This document shows, in pieces, positions 48,628 to 56,252 of a DNA stretch of 64,000 nucleotides; position 1 is the first letter of the stretch; the number at the start of each line of letters is the position of its first letter. A program made the translations under genes and the position numbers. Below the pieces are notes generated by a model. That model was not told the DNA's origin and did no database searches. It worked only from the letters and a program-made list of their open reading frames with translations. This DNA is from an uncultured Pseudomonadota bacterium. Lineage in GTDB: Bacteria > Bdellovibrionota_B > Oligoflexia > Oligoflexales > CAIMVM01. Location: NCBI GenBank assembly GCA_903844895.1, contig CAIMVM010000153.1, positions 1,226 to 65,225 on the forward strand, written 5' to 3'.

Positions 48628-48860
48628 CAACCAACAACAGACGAACCACGGGACGATTGTGTACCGCCTTGGCCGTTTGAAATAGTTGATTGGACTGTAG
48701 ATTTAAAAGGCAAGGCCCCGGGGAATGACTCCGGAGCCTTTTTGCTTTGGGAAGGTGGCAAATATAACTCAACATCCTTGGCAGTCACATAGGTGGGTCT
48801 TCAGCCCTTCCGGGGGATAAATTGAGAATTCGATAAGGCGTCGGATGAGCCTTTTCTGGG
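48628..48860 (-). pseudogene. remnant of the 3' end of a serine-recombinase-like coiled-coil/C-terminal module (copy 1)
   Basis: About 233 bp are homologous to 56326-56555 and 60947-61160. It encodes ..TQKRLIRRLIEFSIYPPEGLKTH, then a 1-nt insertion shifts the frame. Upstream it is truncated. Confidence 0.6.
48714..48743 (+). terminator. conserved hairpin plus T-run inside the element left-end module (possible terminator for tRNA read-through)
   Basis: GGCCCCGG-GGAATGACT-CCGGAGCC followed by TTTTT. The same sequence recurs at 56412-56441 and 61033-61062. Confidence 0.4.
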
Positions 48861-49094
48861 TGTGGTTCCTCGAATTGCTAGAGACGACAAAAACAAAGGA
48901 TTTTAGGCCATTAATCAAAAATCACAACTGACACTAGAATCCTCAGTCTTCAGATCCGCAGGTGGATCCTTCAGCTTCATTGCCTCTCAAGAAGTGCAGA
49001 CTGATGAGATGATGCCGTGAATCTCAAGCTAACCAATGACAAAACCTAGTGTAAGTGATAGGTATCTTGCCGAACCTTGTAGGTCGGAGTTGAT

Positions 49095-50786
49095 ATGCCC
49101 ATCAGGATACAAATGAGAATAAGTAAGGTCGCAGTTTTCAGTATGTTTCCTCTTGGCCTTTGCATGACGTTGCCATCCGTTGGTGCAGAGGCTGATGGAT
49201 TCATTGCTGCAGAAACTCGAGTTGCCATATTCGACAAGGTTTTATCGGAAATTGAACGCATTGATGGTGAAGGTCTTCCTGCCCGCAAGAATCGGCCTAA
49301 AGCCTGGAAAACCACCATTGCTGAGTTACGTTCCCAAGCCCGAAAGGCAGAAACAAATATCGACTTCGGTCAGGTATTCAGAAGGCTCGATGCCACGTAT
49401 CCCAATCTACATGCCCAGGTAACCTTGGAGGGAAAGTATGACATTGCAGCGGGAAGACTTAGACCGAAGATTGCTTTCAAGTTCGGGGCTGAGGTGATTG
49501 GACCGAAACAAACTAAGTTCAACTACAAGATAAGCTCAATAGACACTGAGCTGATCAAAGACATTAAAGAGGTGGTGCGCCCTGCCCTTGGAGATAACCT
49601 CGTTGCCATCAACGGTAAGTCGATGTCCATCTGGAGCAACGAGAACTTCCTCTACTGCAAGTTTCCTTTGAGGCAGCAATGTGAAGCAAACATCTTCGAT
49701 CACTTTAGGAAGGGGGTCTTAAGCTGGGATTGGAGATCGCCGCTTACATACACCCTAGAGAGAAATGGACGCACTTGGGAGGTAAAGGTCCCAGTCGAAC
49801 TTCCCAACCCAAACGCGATGAACCCGCCTTCTCACGACAACAAGGGCGATAGTGATTGTCCCGTGGAACCAGATCGGTATGAAGGGTTTAAGCCAGTTTT
49901 CCAGGGGCTTAACATTTGTGTCTTTGAATCAGAAACTTCCCCGAACGTCACTGTTCTTCGTATCGCCAGCTTTCGGTATCGTGATCTACCGAGGGAATCC
50001 AAGATTCAATCCTTAAAAGATGAAGTCGAACAGTTCAATGAAAGCTATTGGAAAGCCAAAGCCCCTTCCACGCGCAAGCTCATCGTTGATGTTCTCGATA
50101 ATGGTGGCGGCGATACTCCCGTCGCTTGGTATCAACTATTCTATAGCAAGCCCTTTCAAGAACAGTATGTTCAGTTTAAGAAGCTGATGGAACTTGAAGA
50201 TGATCATATTCGTAAGGATCTCTTTTATGACGACGCGGCTAAGGAAATCTGGTTTAGCGATCTCAAGATGAGCGGAACCTATGAAAGGGTAAAACTTGAT
50301 GCGTTTCTACCGACAATCCCACAGTTCTGTGCTCATGATGATCAGAGCTGCGATAAGGGACTTTACGAGCCCCACAAGCACCGCTTCAAGGGAAAGGTTC
50401 GAGTGATGGTAAATGAATGGTGCATATCTACCTGCTCAGGATTCGTATGGAGCATGAAGGACCAACTGGGAACTAGAGCCAAGTTGGTGGGGTTTCCTGA
50501 TTCCGGTGACACAGCATATGCTCGACTGTTCCTCGATGTGTACTTGGATAGCTCGAGTGCCAATGGATTTCGACTGCAAGTTTCACCAAGACCTGGCCGA
50601 ACTCGACAGAACTTGCCCGACGGAGCAATCCTTCGGCAGCAGGTGACAGCGACGAGATCCACTGACTCTAAGGGCAAGGTCATCTCAGCAACGCCAACGA
50701 AGACAGACATATGGATTCCCTATCGCTATAGGCACTACGACGACTCCTGGGAGTCCTTGGTCTTTAAAGCCGCCCTGAACAACTGA
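49095..50786 (+). CDS. secreted S41-like (tail-specific/tricorn-core type) peptidase family protein
   Basis: It has a signal peptide. VDVLDNGGGDTPVAWYQLF matches the S41 DlR.N.GG box. Its CISTCSGF segment aligns with the S41 Ser-nucleophile segment. The protein is divergent. Confidence 0.45.
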   Translation: MPIRIQMRISKVAVFSMFPLGLCMTLPSVGAEADGFIAAETRVAIFDKVLSEIERIDGEGLPARKNRPKAWKTTIAELRSQARKAETNIDFGQVFRRLDATYPNLHAQVTLEGKYDIAAGRLRPKIAFKFGAEVIGPKQTKFNYKISSIDTELIKDIKEVVRPALGDNLVAINGKSMSIWSNENFLYCKFPLRQQCEANIFDHFRKGVLSWDWRSPLTYTLERNGRTWEVKVPVELPNPNAMNPPSHDNKGDSDCPVEPDRYEGFKPVFQGLNICVFESETSPNVTVLRIASFRYRDLPRESKIQSLKDEVEQFNESYWKAKAPSTRKLIVDVLDNGGGDTPVAWYQLFYSKPFQEQYVQFKKLMELEDDHIRKDLFYDDAAKEIWFSDLKMSGTYERVKLDAFLPTIPQFCAHDDQSCDKGLYEPHKHRFKGKVRVMVNEWCISTCSGFVWSMKDQLGTRAKLVGFPDSGDTAYARLFLDVYLDSSSANGFRLQVSPRPGRTRQNLPDGAILRQQVTATRSTDSKGKVISATPTKTDIWIPYRYRHYDDSWESLVFKAALNN

Positions 50787-50968
50787 TGGGCATCCGAAGC
50801 ATTACCAAGAGGTCGTATGGCTCTTCAAATTGCTAGAAATAACACAGTACGCCAGTTCATGAGCTTTTTGTGACTTAGGTGCGAATCTTCACTCATTCTT
50901 CTATATATTGTGCTTACATGGCGCACTGCACTGTGTCGGAACAATATATAAAATTCCCAGCGAAAATA

Positions 50969-51008
50969 CGCCAAAATTGCTTTTAAATATCTGGAATGGG
51001 CGCGCGCG
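50969..51008. repeat. intergenic repeat Q, copy 1
   Basis: CGCCAAAATTGCTTTTAAATATCTGGAATGGGCGCGCGCG. Compare copy 2 at 53197-53236. Confidence 0.6.
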
Positions 51009-51043
51009 ATAAGCTCTCACCTCAAAAATATTTGTAAGTTAGT

Positions 51044-51328
51044 CTAAGCAGCTGGCTTCTTCAATTGCTTCGAAGCTTTGCCCTGCATATAAATAACATC
51101 TGCACAAATATCGTATCCATTAGGCCAGGTGGGAACGCCCATTTCTAAGAAGACTTTCTTAAAATAGTCGACACTTCGCAGCGGTTCAAGCATCGAGCCT
51201 TTCTTCTTAAGAAGTGGCTTAAAATCAAAAATTTTAACAACGTCATTCTCGAAAGTACATTTAAGTTCATACTTACTATTCGCAATGACTTTCTTGATCG
51301 TATGAATTTCCCATTTTTGCTGTTCCAT
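51044..51328 (-). CDS. DUF2442 family protein
   Basis: 94 aa with the pattern ..L.CTFENDVVKIFDF.PLL......PLRSVDYF..V.......WPNGYDICADVIY, which is typical of DUF2442. Confidence 0.7.
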   Translation of the reverse strand: MEQQKWEIHTIKKVIANSKYELKCTFENDVVKIFDFKPLLKKKGSMLEPLRSVDYFKKVFLEMGVPTWPNGYDICADVIYMQGKASKQLKKPAA

Positions 51329-51331
51329 TTT

Positions 51332-51592
51332 TTACTCCATTCCTGGTATGCGTTCAATTGGCCTTGCTTCAACAGCATTTTCCCAATTCGCAAGTAGTTC
51401 AGCACGATGTAGCTTAGTCCATGACTCCACGAGCTTCTTTGCATTAACTGGGAAGTCTCCTGCAGTTAATTTTCCTGTGCGGATATCAAACGCGGCTTTG
51501 AATCCCTGGTACTCAGCATGAAAATGCGGTGGGTTATGATCGTTGAAGTTCATCCGAATTATGATCCCGTAAAAAGTCGAAATGACTGGCAT
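51332..51592 (-). CDS. DUF4160 family protein
   Basis: MPVISTFYGIIIRMNFNDHNPPHFHAEYQG is the characteristic DUF4160 N-terminus. The start is set at ATG 51592. The gene is paired with the DUF2442 gene 3 nt downstream. Confidence 0.75.
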   Translation of the reverse strand: MPVISTFYGIIIRMNFNDHNPPHFHAEYQGFKAAFDIRTGKLTAGDFPVNAKKLVESWTKLHRAELLANWENAVEARPIERIPGME

Positions 51593-51690
51593 AGTAATCC
51601 CTAACCAATACAATTAAATCTAGCATAACCCAAAGGATTCCAAGAATACAAAGACCCAATCTTCGAGTCCTCTGTATATATACTATCTGG

Positions 51691-51737
51691 GGTGCGAATA
51701 CGAACCAAGTCATTTTTTAGGCTTTATCACTGAATAT
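51691..51737. repeat. intergenic repeat R, copy 1 (shorter)
   Basis: GGTGCGAATACGAACCAAGTCATTTTTTAGGCTTTATCACTGAATAT aligns with R2 and R3. Confidence 0.55.
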
Positions 51738-51831
51738 CTGACGTGCGTCGGCGCAAGTTATATTAATGTAAAGCGAGCTAATATTCGATTCAAAAAGTGT
51801 AAAATATCCTCATTCGCTTCGGGGTTCTGCT

Positions 51832-52390
51832 TCAAGCAGGAACCCTCCAGACTTTGAAACGATGGAACTTTACGATATGAATTTGTAACTTGATTACCTG
51901 CAATAGCCCATCTAGAAATACCAGCGAAGCAACCATCGCACTTGGATTAATGCTTTGATTCCCATTCTTCCTATTCCTCATGCCGTTTAATGATTCTTGA
52001 AACAATTCCTTTTGCCCAACGTGTGCCACTGCGAGTTAAAAGTTTTTGGTCATTGAGAGTGCTGGCAATGGCTGAGCATCCTTTACCTGATTGCCATAGA
52101 TTTTGAATTTGTAGGACGACTTTATATTCCTTTGGCTCCTTTACGGGCCTCCCTTCCAGGTAAGCATAGCCATAGGGAACAGCACCAGCTTTCATAGGGC
52201 CTGAACATTTTGATTCCTTGTTATTGGTTTCAGTCGCGCTACGTATTGGCAAACCACCGGCATTAAGGGCTGCTTTGATGGTAGTTCTCGGCAGGTCAGT
52301 TTGCTTGGCAATTTCCCTAAAAGACATGCCTTGGGAGTAAAGTGGGGCACAGATCTCGAAAATGCGATCTTTTGTGGTCGGAAAAAACAT
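51832..52390 (-). pseudogene. HTH + recombinase-domain module, degraded copy (paralog of 60313..60882)
   Basis: The first 139 codons are intact (MFFPTTKDRIFEICAPLYSQGMSFREIAKQ...AVPYGYAYLEG...). It stops early, and the homologous DNA continues out of frame to about 51832. Confidence 0.6.
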
Positions 52391-52424
52391 GATTGTATCT
52401 TGATACTTAGGGCTGATTTTGAGC

Positions 52425-52474
52425 GGTTCGTCTGTTGTTGGTCCGAGGCCACCATTTGAATAAGTAGTCGAACC
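52425..52474. other. att-like junction J2 (E1a / E1b): GGTTCG-N18-CCACCA-N14-CGAACC
   Basis: GGTTCG is at 52425-52430, CCACCA at 52449-52454 and CGAACC at 52469-52474. Confidence 0.55.
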
Positions 52475-52519
52475 TCGAAAATAGACAGTTGCAACAGCCT
52501 ATGAGACTTTTAAAAACCG

Positions 52520-53068
52520 ATGGAAACGACTTGCCCAGGTTGCGGCGCCAAATTTAATAAGTGTGACGGACCGACTCATAAATATTTTGGCGAAAGTCCT
52601 GAATGCTGGAAAGCATACGGTCAGGTCTTAGCACGCGAATATGAAAACAGAAATTATTGGCAAGTTCATAGGTTGACAGTTGATACCTATGCGGTTCAAC
52701 ACCCTCTTAACACGGACAAGCGCAACATCCAGTCCGTTAACATTCATCTGATGGCCCTATACGCGATACTTGAACTCCAACAACCATTTGAAACGATTCC
52801 CCCTCTATTAGATGCGGCAGCAAATAATTTTAAGGATGACTTCCTCTACCTCACGCCTCCTACCAAATTAGGAGAAATCACCGTTCTAGATGTGCTCGGC
52901 GCAAATTCGGCCCCTGAGCATTGCACTGCGGTGTGGGATTGGTCCCGCTCGGTTTGGGCGGCTTGGAGTCCGCAACGAAGGGCAATAGAAGAATTGTTTG
53001 TCCGAACTAAGCCCTTGATAGGTTCGCGTCACGTCAGGACGACGGCCGCTCTTAAGAGTAGGCAATAG
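52520..53068 (+). CDS. DUF5946-like zinc-ribbon protein
   Basis: It has CPGCGAKF...ECW and HRLTVDTYAVQHP motifs. I recall these from the DUF5946 family but could not verify the assignment by search. Confidence 0.45.
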   Translation: METTCPGCGAKFNKCDGPTHKYFGESPECWKAYGQVLAREYENRNYWQVHRLTVDTYAVQHPLNTDKRNIQSVNIHLMALYAILELQQPFETIPPLLDAAANNFKDDFLYLTPPTKLGEITVLDVLGANSAPEHCTAVWDWSRSVWAAWSPQRRAIEELFVRTKPLIGSRHVRTTAALKSRQ

Positions 53069-53196
53069 CGGATGTTGAGATTTTACTACAAATCCGAACT
53101 ATCCGAAAATTAGACGATCATGGAGATTTAATGACTCGTCATCGTTGACGAGGAGTTGACGAGCGGATGACAACTCTTACCAAACTGAAGTGGGTT

Positions 53197-53236
53197 CGCC
53201 AGAATTGCTTCGAAATATCTGGAATTGGCGCCGCGC
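53197..53236. repeat. intergenic repeat Q, copy 2
   Basis: CGCCAGAATTGCTTCGAAATATCTGGAATTGGCGCCGCGC. CGCCA(G)AATT can pair with AATTGGCG if one G is bulged. Confidence 0.6.
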
Positions 53237-53294
53237 AGTTTTCCTAACGAATATTAACTCATTTTACTTTATGATGTACTGGCACGAACCAGGA

Positions 53295-53687
53295 CTAAAG
53301 ATCTTCGTTTCCTTTTTCTTTGTATGCAGAGTCGTGATCCACATGGATAGAAATACACCGCATATATTGTTCATCGCGGCAAACCCGTATCCTAATTTTT
53401 CCCGAAGCCCGAATTGTCGCAATTCGTTTTCCGCTGGCGGTACGTTGGTCAATTGGCTCGTAATTTATACCCCGTTTTTGACTAGGAGTTTTGGAAGAGG
53501 TTTTATAAACATCATCCCACGTCATCTTTTGGATTTTGTCGATAGTATCAAGAATGGCTTCCTGCTCATCCAATTCCAGATTGACTAGGGCGTTAAGAAA
53601 CCGAGGGTATCCGGTGTCCACAAGTACGCTGTGATGCTGTGTGGTGGCAGCAACGGGCCTTTCTAAAGGCTTCTTACTTTTTGTCAC
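53295..53687 (-). CDS. possible RelE/ParE-fold toxin-like protein
   Basis: 130 aa. It overlaps the upstream AbrB-like gene by 14 nt. The C-terminal pattern KRIATIRASGKIRIRVCRDEQYMRCISIHVDHDSAY resembles the RelE/ParE beta-sheet core. Confidence 0.4.
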   Translation of the reverse strand: MTKSKKPLERPVAATTQHHSVLVDTGYPRFLNALVNLELDEQEAILDTIDKIQKMTWDDVYKTSSKTPSQKRGINYEPIDQRTASGKRIATIRASGKIRIRVCRDEQYMRCISIHVDHDSAYKEKGNEDL

Positions 53688-53976
53688 GGAGGCCCTTCAA
53701 CTTAGTTCTGAGTGCATTTACGTCGGTGCCCTTCAAGGGGTGGTTGGCACTGGCCCATCTGTCGAATTCGTCAAGTTCTTCCACGGATTCTTTGGTGTAG
53801 AAAGGTGCATGGTGGTCTGGGATGAACTTTCCTGGCGAGATAATCACTAAACCTTCGGTGGTTCTTTCAATTTGAACCTGGCGTCCCGCATACTCCTTGC
53901 CAATTGACACTTGGCCGTTATTACCAACAGTCGCATACTTGACTTGGTTATCATACTTTTTGATAGCTTCAGACAT
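53674..53976 (-). CDS. AbrB/SpoVT(MazE)-type DNA-binding antitoxin-like protein
   Basis: ATG 53976 has a strong AAGGAGG RBS. GQVSIGKEYAGRQVQIE matches the swapped-hairpin AbrB motif. Confidence 0.55.
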   Translation of the reverse strand: MSEAIKKYDNQVKYATVGNNGQVSIGKEYAGRQVQIERTTEGLVIISPGKFIPDHHAPFYTKESVEELDEFDRWASANHPLKGTDVNALRTKLKGLRDKK

Positions 53977-54336
53977 TGAAAACCTCCTTATTCTCAAATT
54001 ACTACATATTGAATTATGTGTAAATTGAATATTTGAATATTCCTATCGGTAAATAATCGAAAAATCTTTAGTTCGTTTTCCTTGTTTGATTAATTCATGT
54101 GTCTTTTTAAAATCAACTTAACTATTTTTCATGGCAAATTCTTAGCCTTTAATACTATTGGGTTTTCACATCAGAAAGCCTGTGAATCCAACTTGCTGAG
54201 ATCACGTGGGACAATTTAGAAGATTGAAATGCTTTAACAATGAAATCCTGAAATATATTCCCAATGGGTGTAGATGGCTTGTCTTGAGAAGCGGTACCAA
54301 TTCCAGACATTTCCCCAAAGTTTTGACGAGTTTTCT

Positions 54337-56095
54337 GTACGTTACGCAACCTCTCAATAAGTACGGGTAATCCTTAAGGAGACTCTTTCCTTAAAGGTGA
54401 TCTTATTTATCAGATTTTTGGGATTTCCTTTAAGTGGCTCTTTCCAAGATCATGGATGCCAGACTTGGGATATTTTTAGCTGCTGCATTCCTATCTTTTA
54501 AATACTTCCAAAATGACACCTTAAGTTTGCGGCAGGTGCACTTAAGGCTAAGGAAAGTATCACGAGCCCGGCGACCAAGTTCGCTTTGGGTGCCACCACT
54601 GACTTTTCTCTTGGTCACCTTTTCCCTCATGTCTGTCTCGCAGCCATTATTGTGAAGTGGGATAAAGGGATAGTCGAGTACACGTAAAAGCTCTTTTTTG
54701 TTCTTATGGAGACGTGCCAGAGCTAAATTTAAGGTCTGGAAAGACGTTTTTTGCGTAAATATCACATCAAATTTCAATTGGATCTCTAACTTTAAAGTAT
54801 CTGAGCGCGAAGCTTTGTAGTCTTTTAATTGTTGATAGAGCGTCCATATCTGGTCACGCACGCTGCTAATATCTGCGCGATGCTGATCATTAAATCCAAT
54901 CAATTTATTGATAAGCCGTTCTGCATGGACCCAGCAAAGAGCATGAACCAGAACATTAAATTGTCCAGCATCATCGCTTAGGATGACCATGTCCGGAGAT
55001 AAACCATGACTAATGGAACTACCCATTAACGCACCTTCGGTGGCAATTCGTACTTGTCTTGAGTTTTGAATTCCTAAGGATAGAAGATGATTTTGCCATT
55101 CTTCCTTATTGCTGAAATGTTTGTCATTTGCCTGTTGAAGGCTTGCTAGTATGTCTTTCTTGATCCGCTGTTCCTTCATGTAAGAGACGGCCACTTCATT
55201 GATGAAATAATCGTTATGACCGGCTCTTAAGATCTCGAGAAAGTTAATGCGGCTTTTGCTACCAGTACTGGTAAAATAGGTCATTAGTTCGTTACTAATA
55301 CACGTGCTAAAGCCGTTTTTTCCTTTATGTCTTTCACCTGTGTCATCCGTTTGAATGAACTGTGAGGCTGCAAGACCAGCCTGAAGAACCCCCTCTTTCT
55401 CGGCATGGAAGTTATCATGGTTCTCTGTCAAGATTTCATTGAGCTGCCCAGAGGAGATATCAATACCGATTTCATGGAGCTGGGCTAGCAAAAGCGGCTG
55501 GGTTACCCGACAGGCAAAGTATTGATGCTGAATATAGCTGATCAAAACCGAATCAAAATGGCTAGAAACATGACCTGGAAGGTCAGCGATCACCGTCTCG
55601 CCTTCAGGTGTTAACCACCTACCTCGTCGATATTTTGTGTTGTGAGGCTCTATAACCAGTCCTTGGACATTAAAGTCGTTATAGCCCTTAAAAATCCAGT
55701 CCGCCTTAACTCCCTCTGGAGTCAGGCAAATCGTTTCATGAATCACCAGTTCAGCGGTTTTCGAGCGTTTAACCGAGCCAGGACGCTTCTCATTGGGATT
55801 TTTATCTTTGCCTTTATCTGGATCTTCCAAAGTGCTTTTGGGAATCTTGGGCTTGCCTTTTTCACCCTTAAGAACCGCAATATCATCGCGAAGACCCTGA
55901 ATCTGCTCTTTGGCGCGCTGAATTTGCTCTGCCTGAATTGAAATAATATCCAATAACAACTTGACCAGTGGAGTCAATTCGCCTTCAGGGATTTCAGGGA
56001 TTTTAAAGCTATTGTTTTGCATGACAATAATAGTTACCGCAACTTACCCAATAGTCAAGCGGTTACCCGCACTTATTGAGAGGTTGCTACGTTAC
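54337..56095. mobile_element. IS66-family insertion sequence (single-ORF type)
   Basis: The imperfect terminal inverted repeats are GCAACCTCTCAATAAGTACGGGTAA (54346-54370) and TTACCCGCACTTATTGAGAGGTTGC (56063-56087). They enclose the transposase gene. The outer few nt are uncertain and I could not find a target duplication. Confidence 0.75.
54430..56022 (-). CDS. IS66 family transposase
   Basis: 530 aa with an N-terminal leucine-zipper-like helix, LSDDAGQF...HALCWVHAERL, and the box NNGCETDMREKVTKRKVSGGTQSELG typical of IS66 TnpC. Confidence 0.8.
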   Translation of the reverse strand: MQNNSFKIPEIPEGELTPLVKLLLDIISIQAEQIQRAKEQIQGLRDDIAVLKGEKGKPKIPKSTLEDPDKGKDKNPNEKRPGSVKRSKTAELVIHETICLTPEGVKADWIFKGYNDFNVQGLVIEPHNTKYRRGRWLTPEGETVIADLPGHVSSHFDSVLISYIQHQYFACRVTQPLLLAQLHEIGIDISSGQLNEILTENHDNFHAEKEGVLQAGLAASQFIQTDDTGERHKGKNGFSTCISNELMTYFTSTGSKSRINFLEILRAGHNDYFINEVAVSYMKEQRIKKDILASLQQANDKHFSNKEEWQNHLLSLGIQNSRQVRIATEGALMGSSISHGLSPDMVILSDDAGQFNVLVHALCWVHAERLINKLIGFNDQHRADISSVRDQIWTLYQQLKDYKASRSDTLKLEIQLKFDVIFTQKTSFQTLNLALARLHKNKKELLRVLDYPFIPLHNNGCETDMREKVTKRKVSGGTQSELGRRARDTFLSLKCTCRKLKVSFWKYLKDRNAAAKNIPSLASMILERAT

Positions 56096-56252
56096 TAGAT
56101 ACATATCTGAAAACAGGGGAATCCCGTCGGAAAAGACGTTGCTTGAATGAGCAGATCCTTGAGGATGGTCTCAAAATGTGACGAGTAACTTCGTAAAACT
56201 CATAAGCCTCCGTTTTCATTTGATTTCATCGATTGCCAGTCCGATTACTCGT

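Larger units (their letters stand above)
48628..52448. mobile_element. putative integrative element E1a (degraded; both recombinase-like modules are pseudogenes)
   Basis: It is flanked by CCACCA on both sides. Its ends contain an exact 18-bp inverted repeat (48630-48647 vs 52425-52442). Its left and right modules are homologous to those of E2. Confidence 0.5.

Noticed and set aside
51145-51444. Alternative-frame ORF 51145..51444 spanning the DUF2442/DUF4160 junction, and ORF 52192..52494 and ORF 60702..61094 over the recombinase-like modules.
   Set aside because: They lie out of frame relative to the motif-bearing reading frames, and their products have no recognisable features.
53190-53588. 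The + strand ORF 53190..53588 (132 aa), which lies opposite the toxin-like gene.
   Set aside because: It overlaps the minus-strand gene, which is translationally coupled to the AbrB-like gene. It starts inside the Q2 repeat and shows no family signal.
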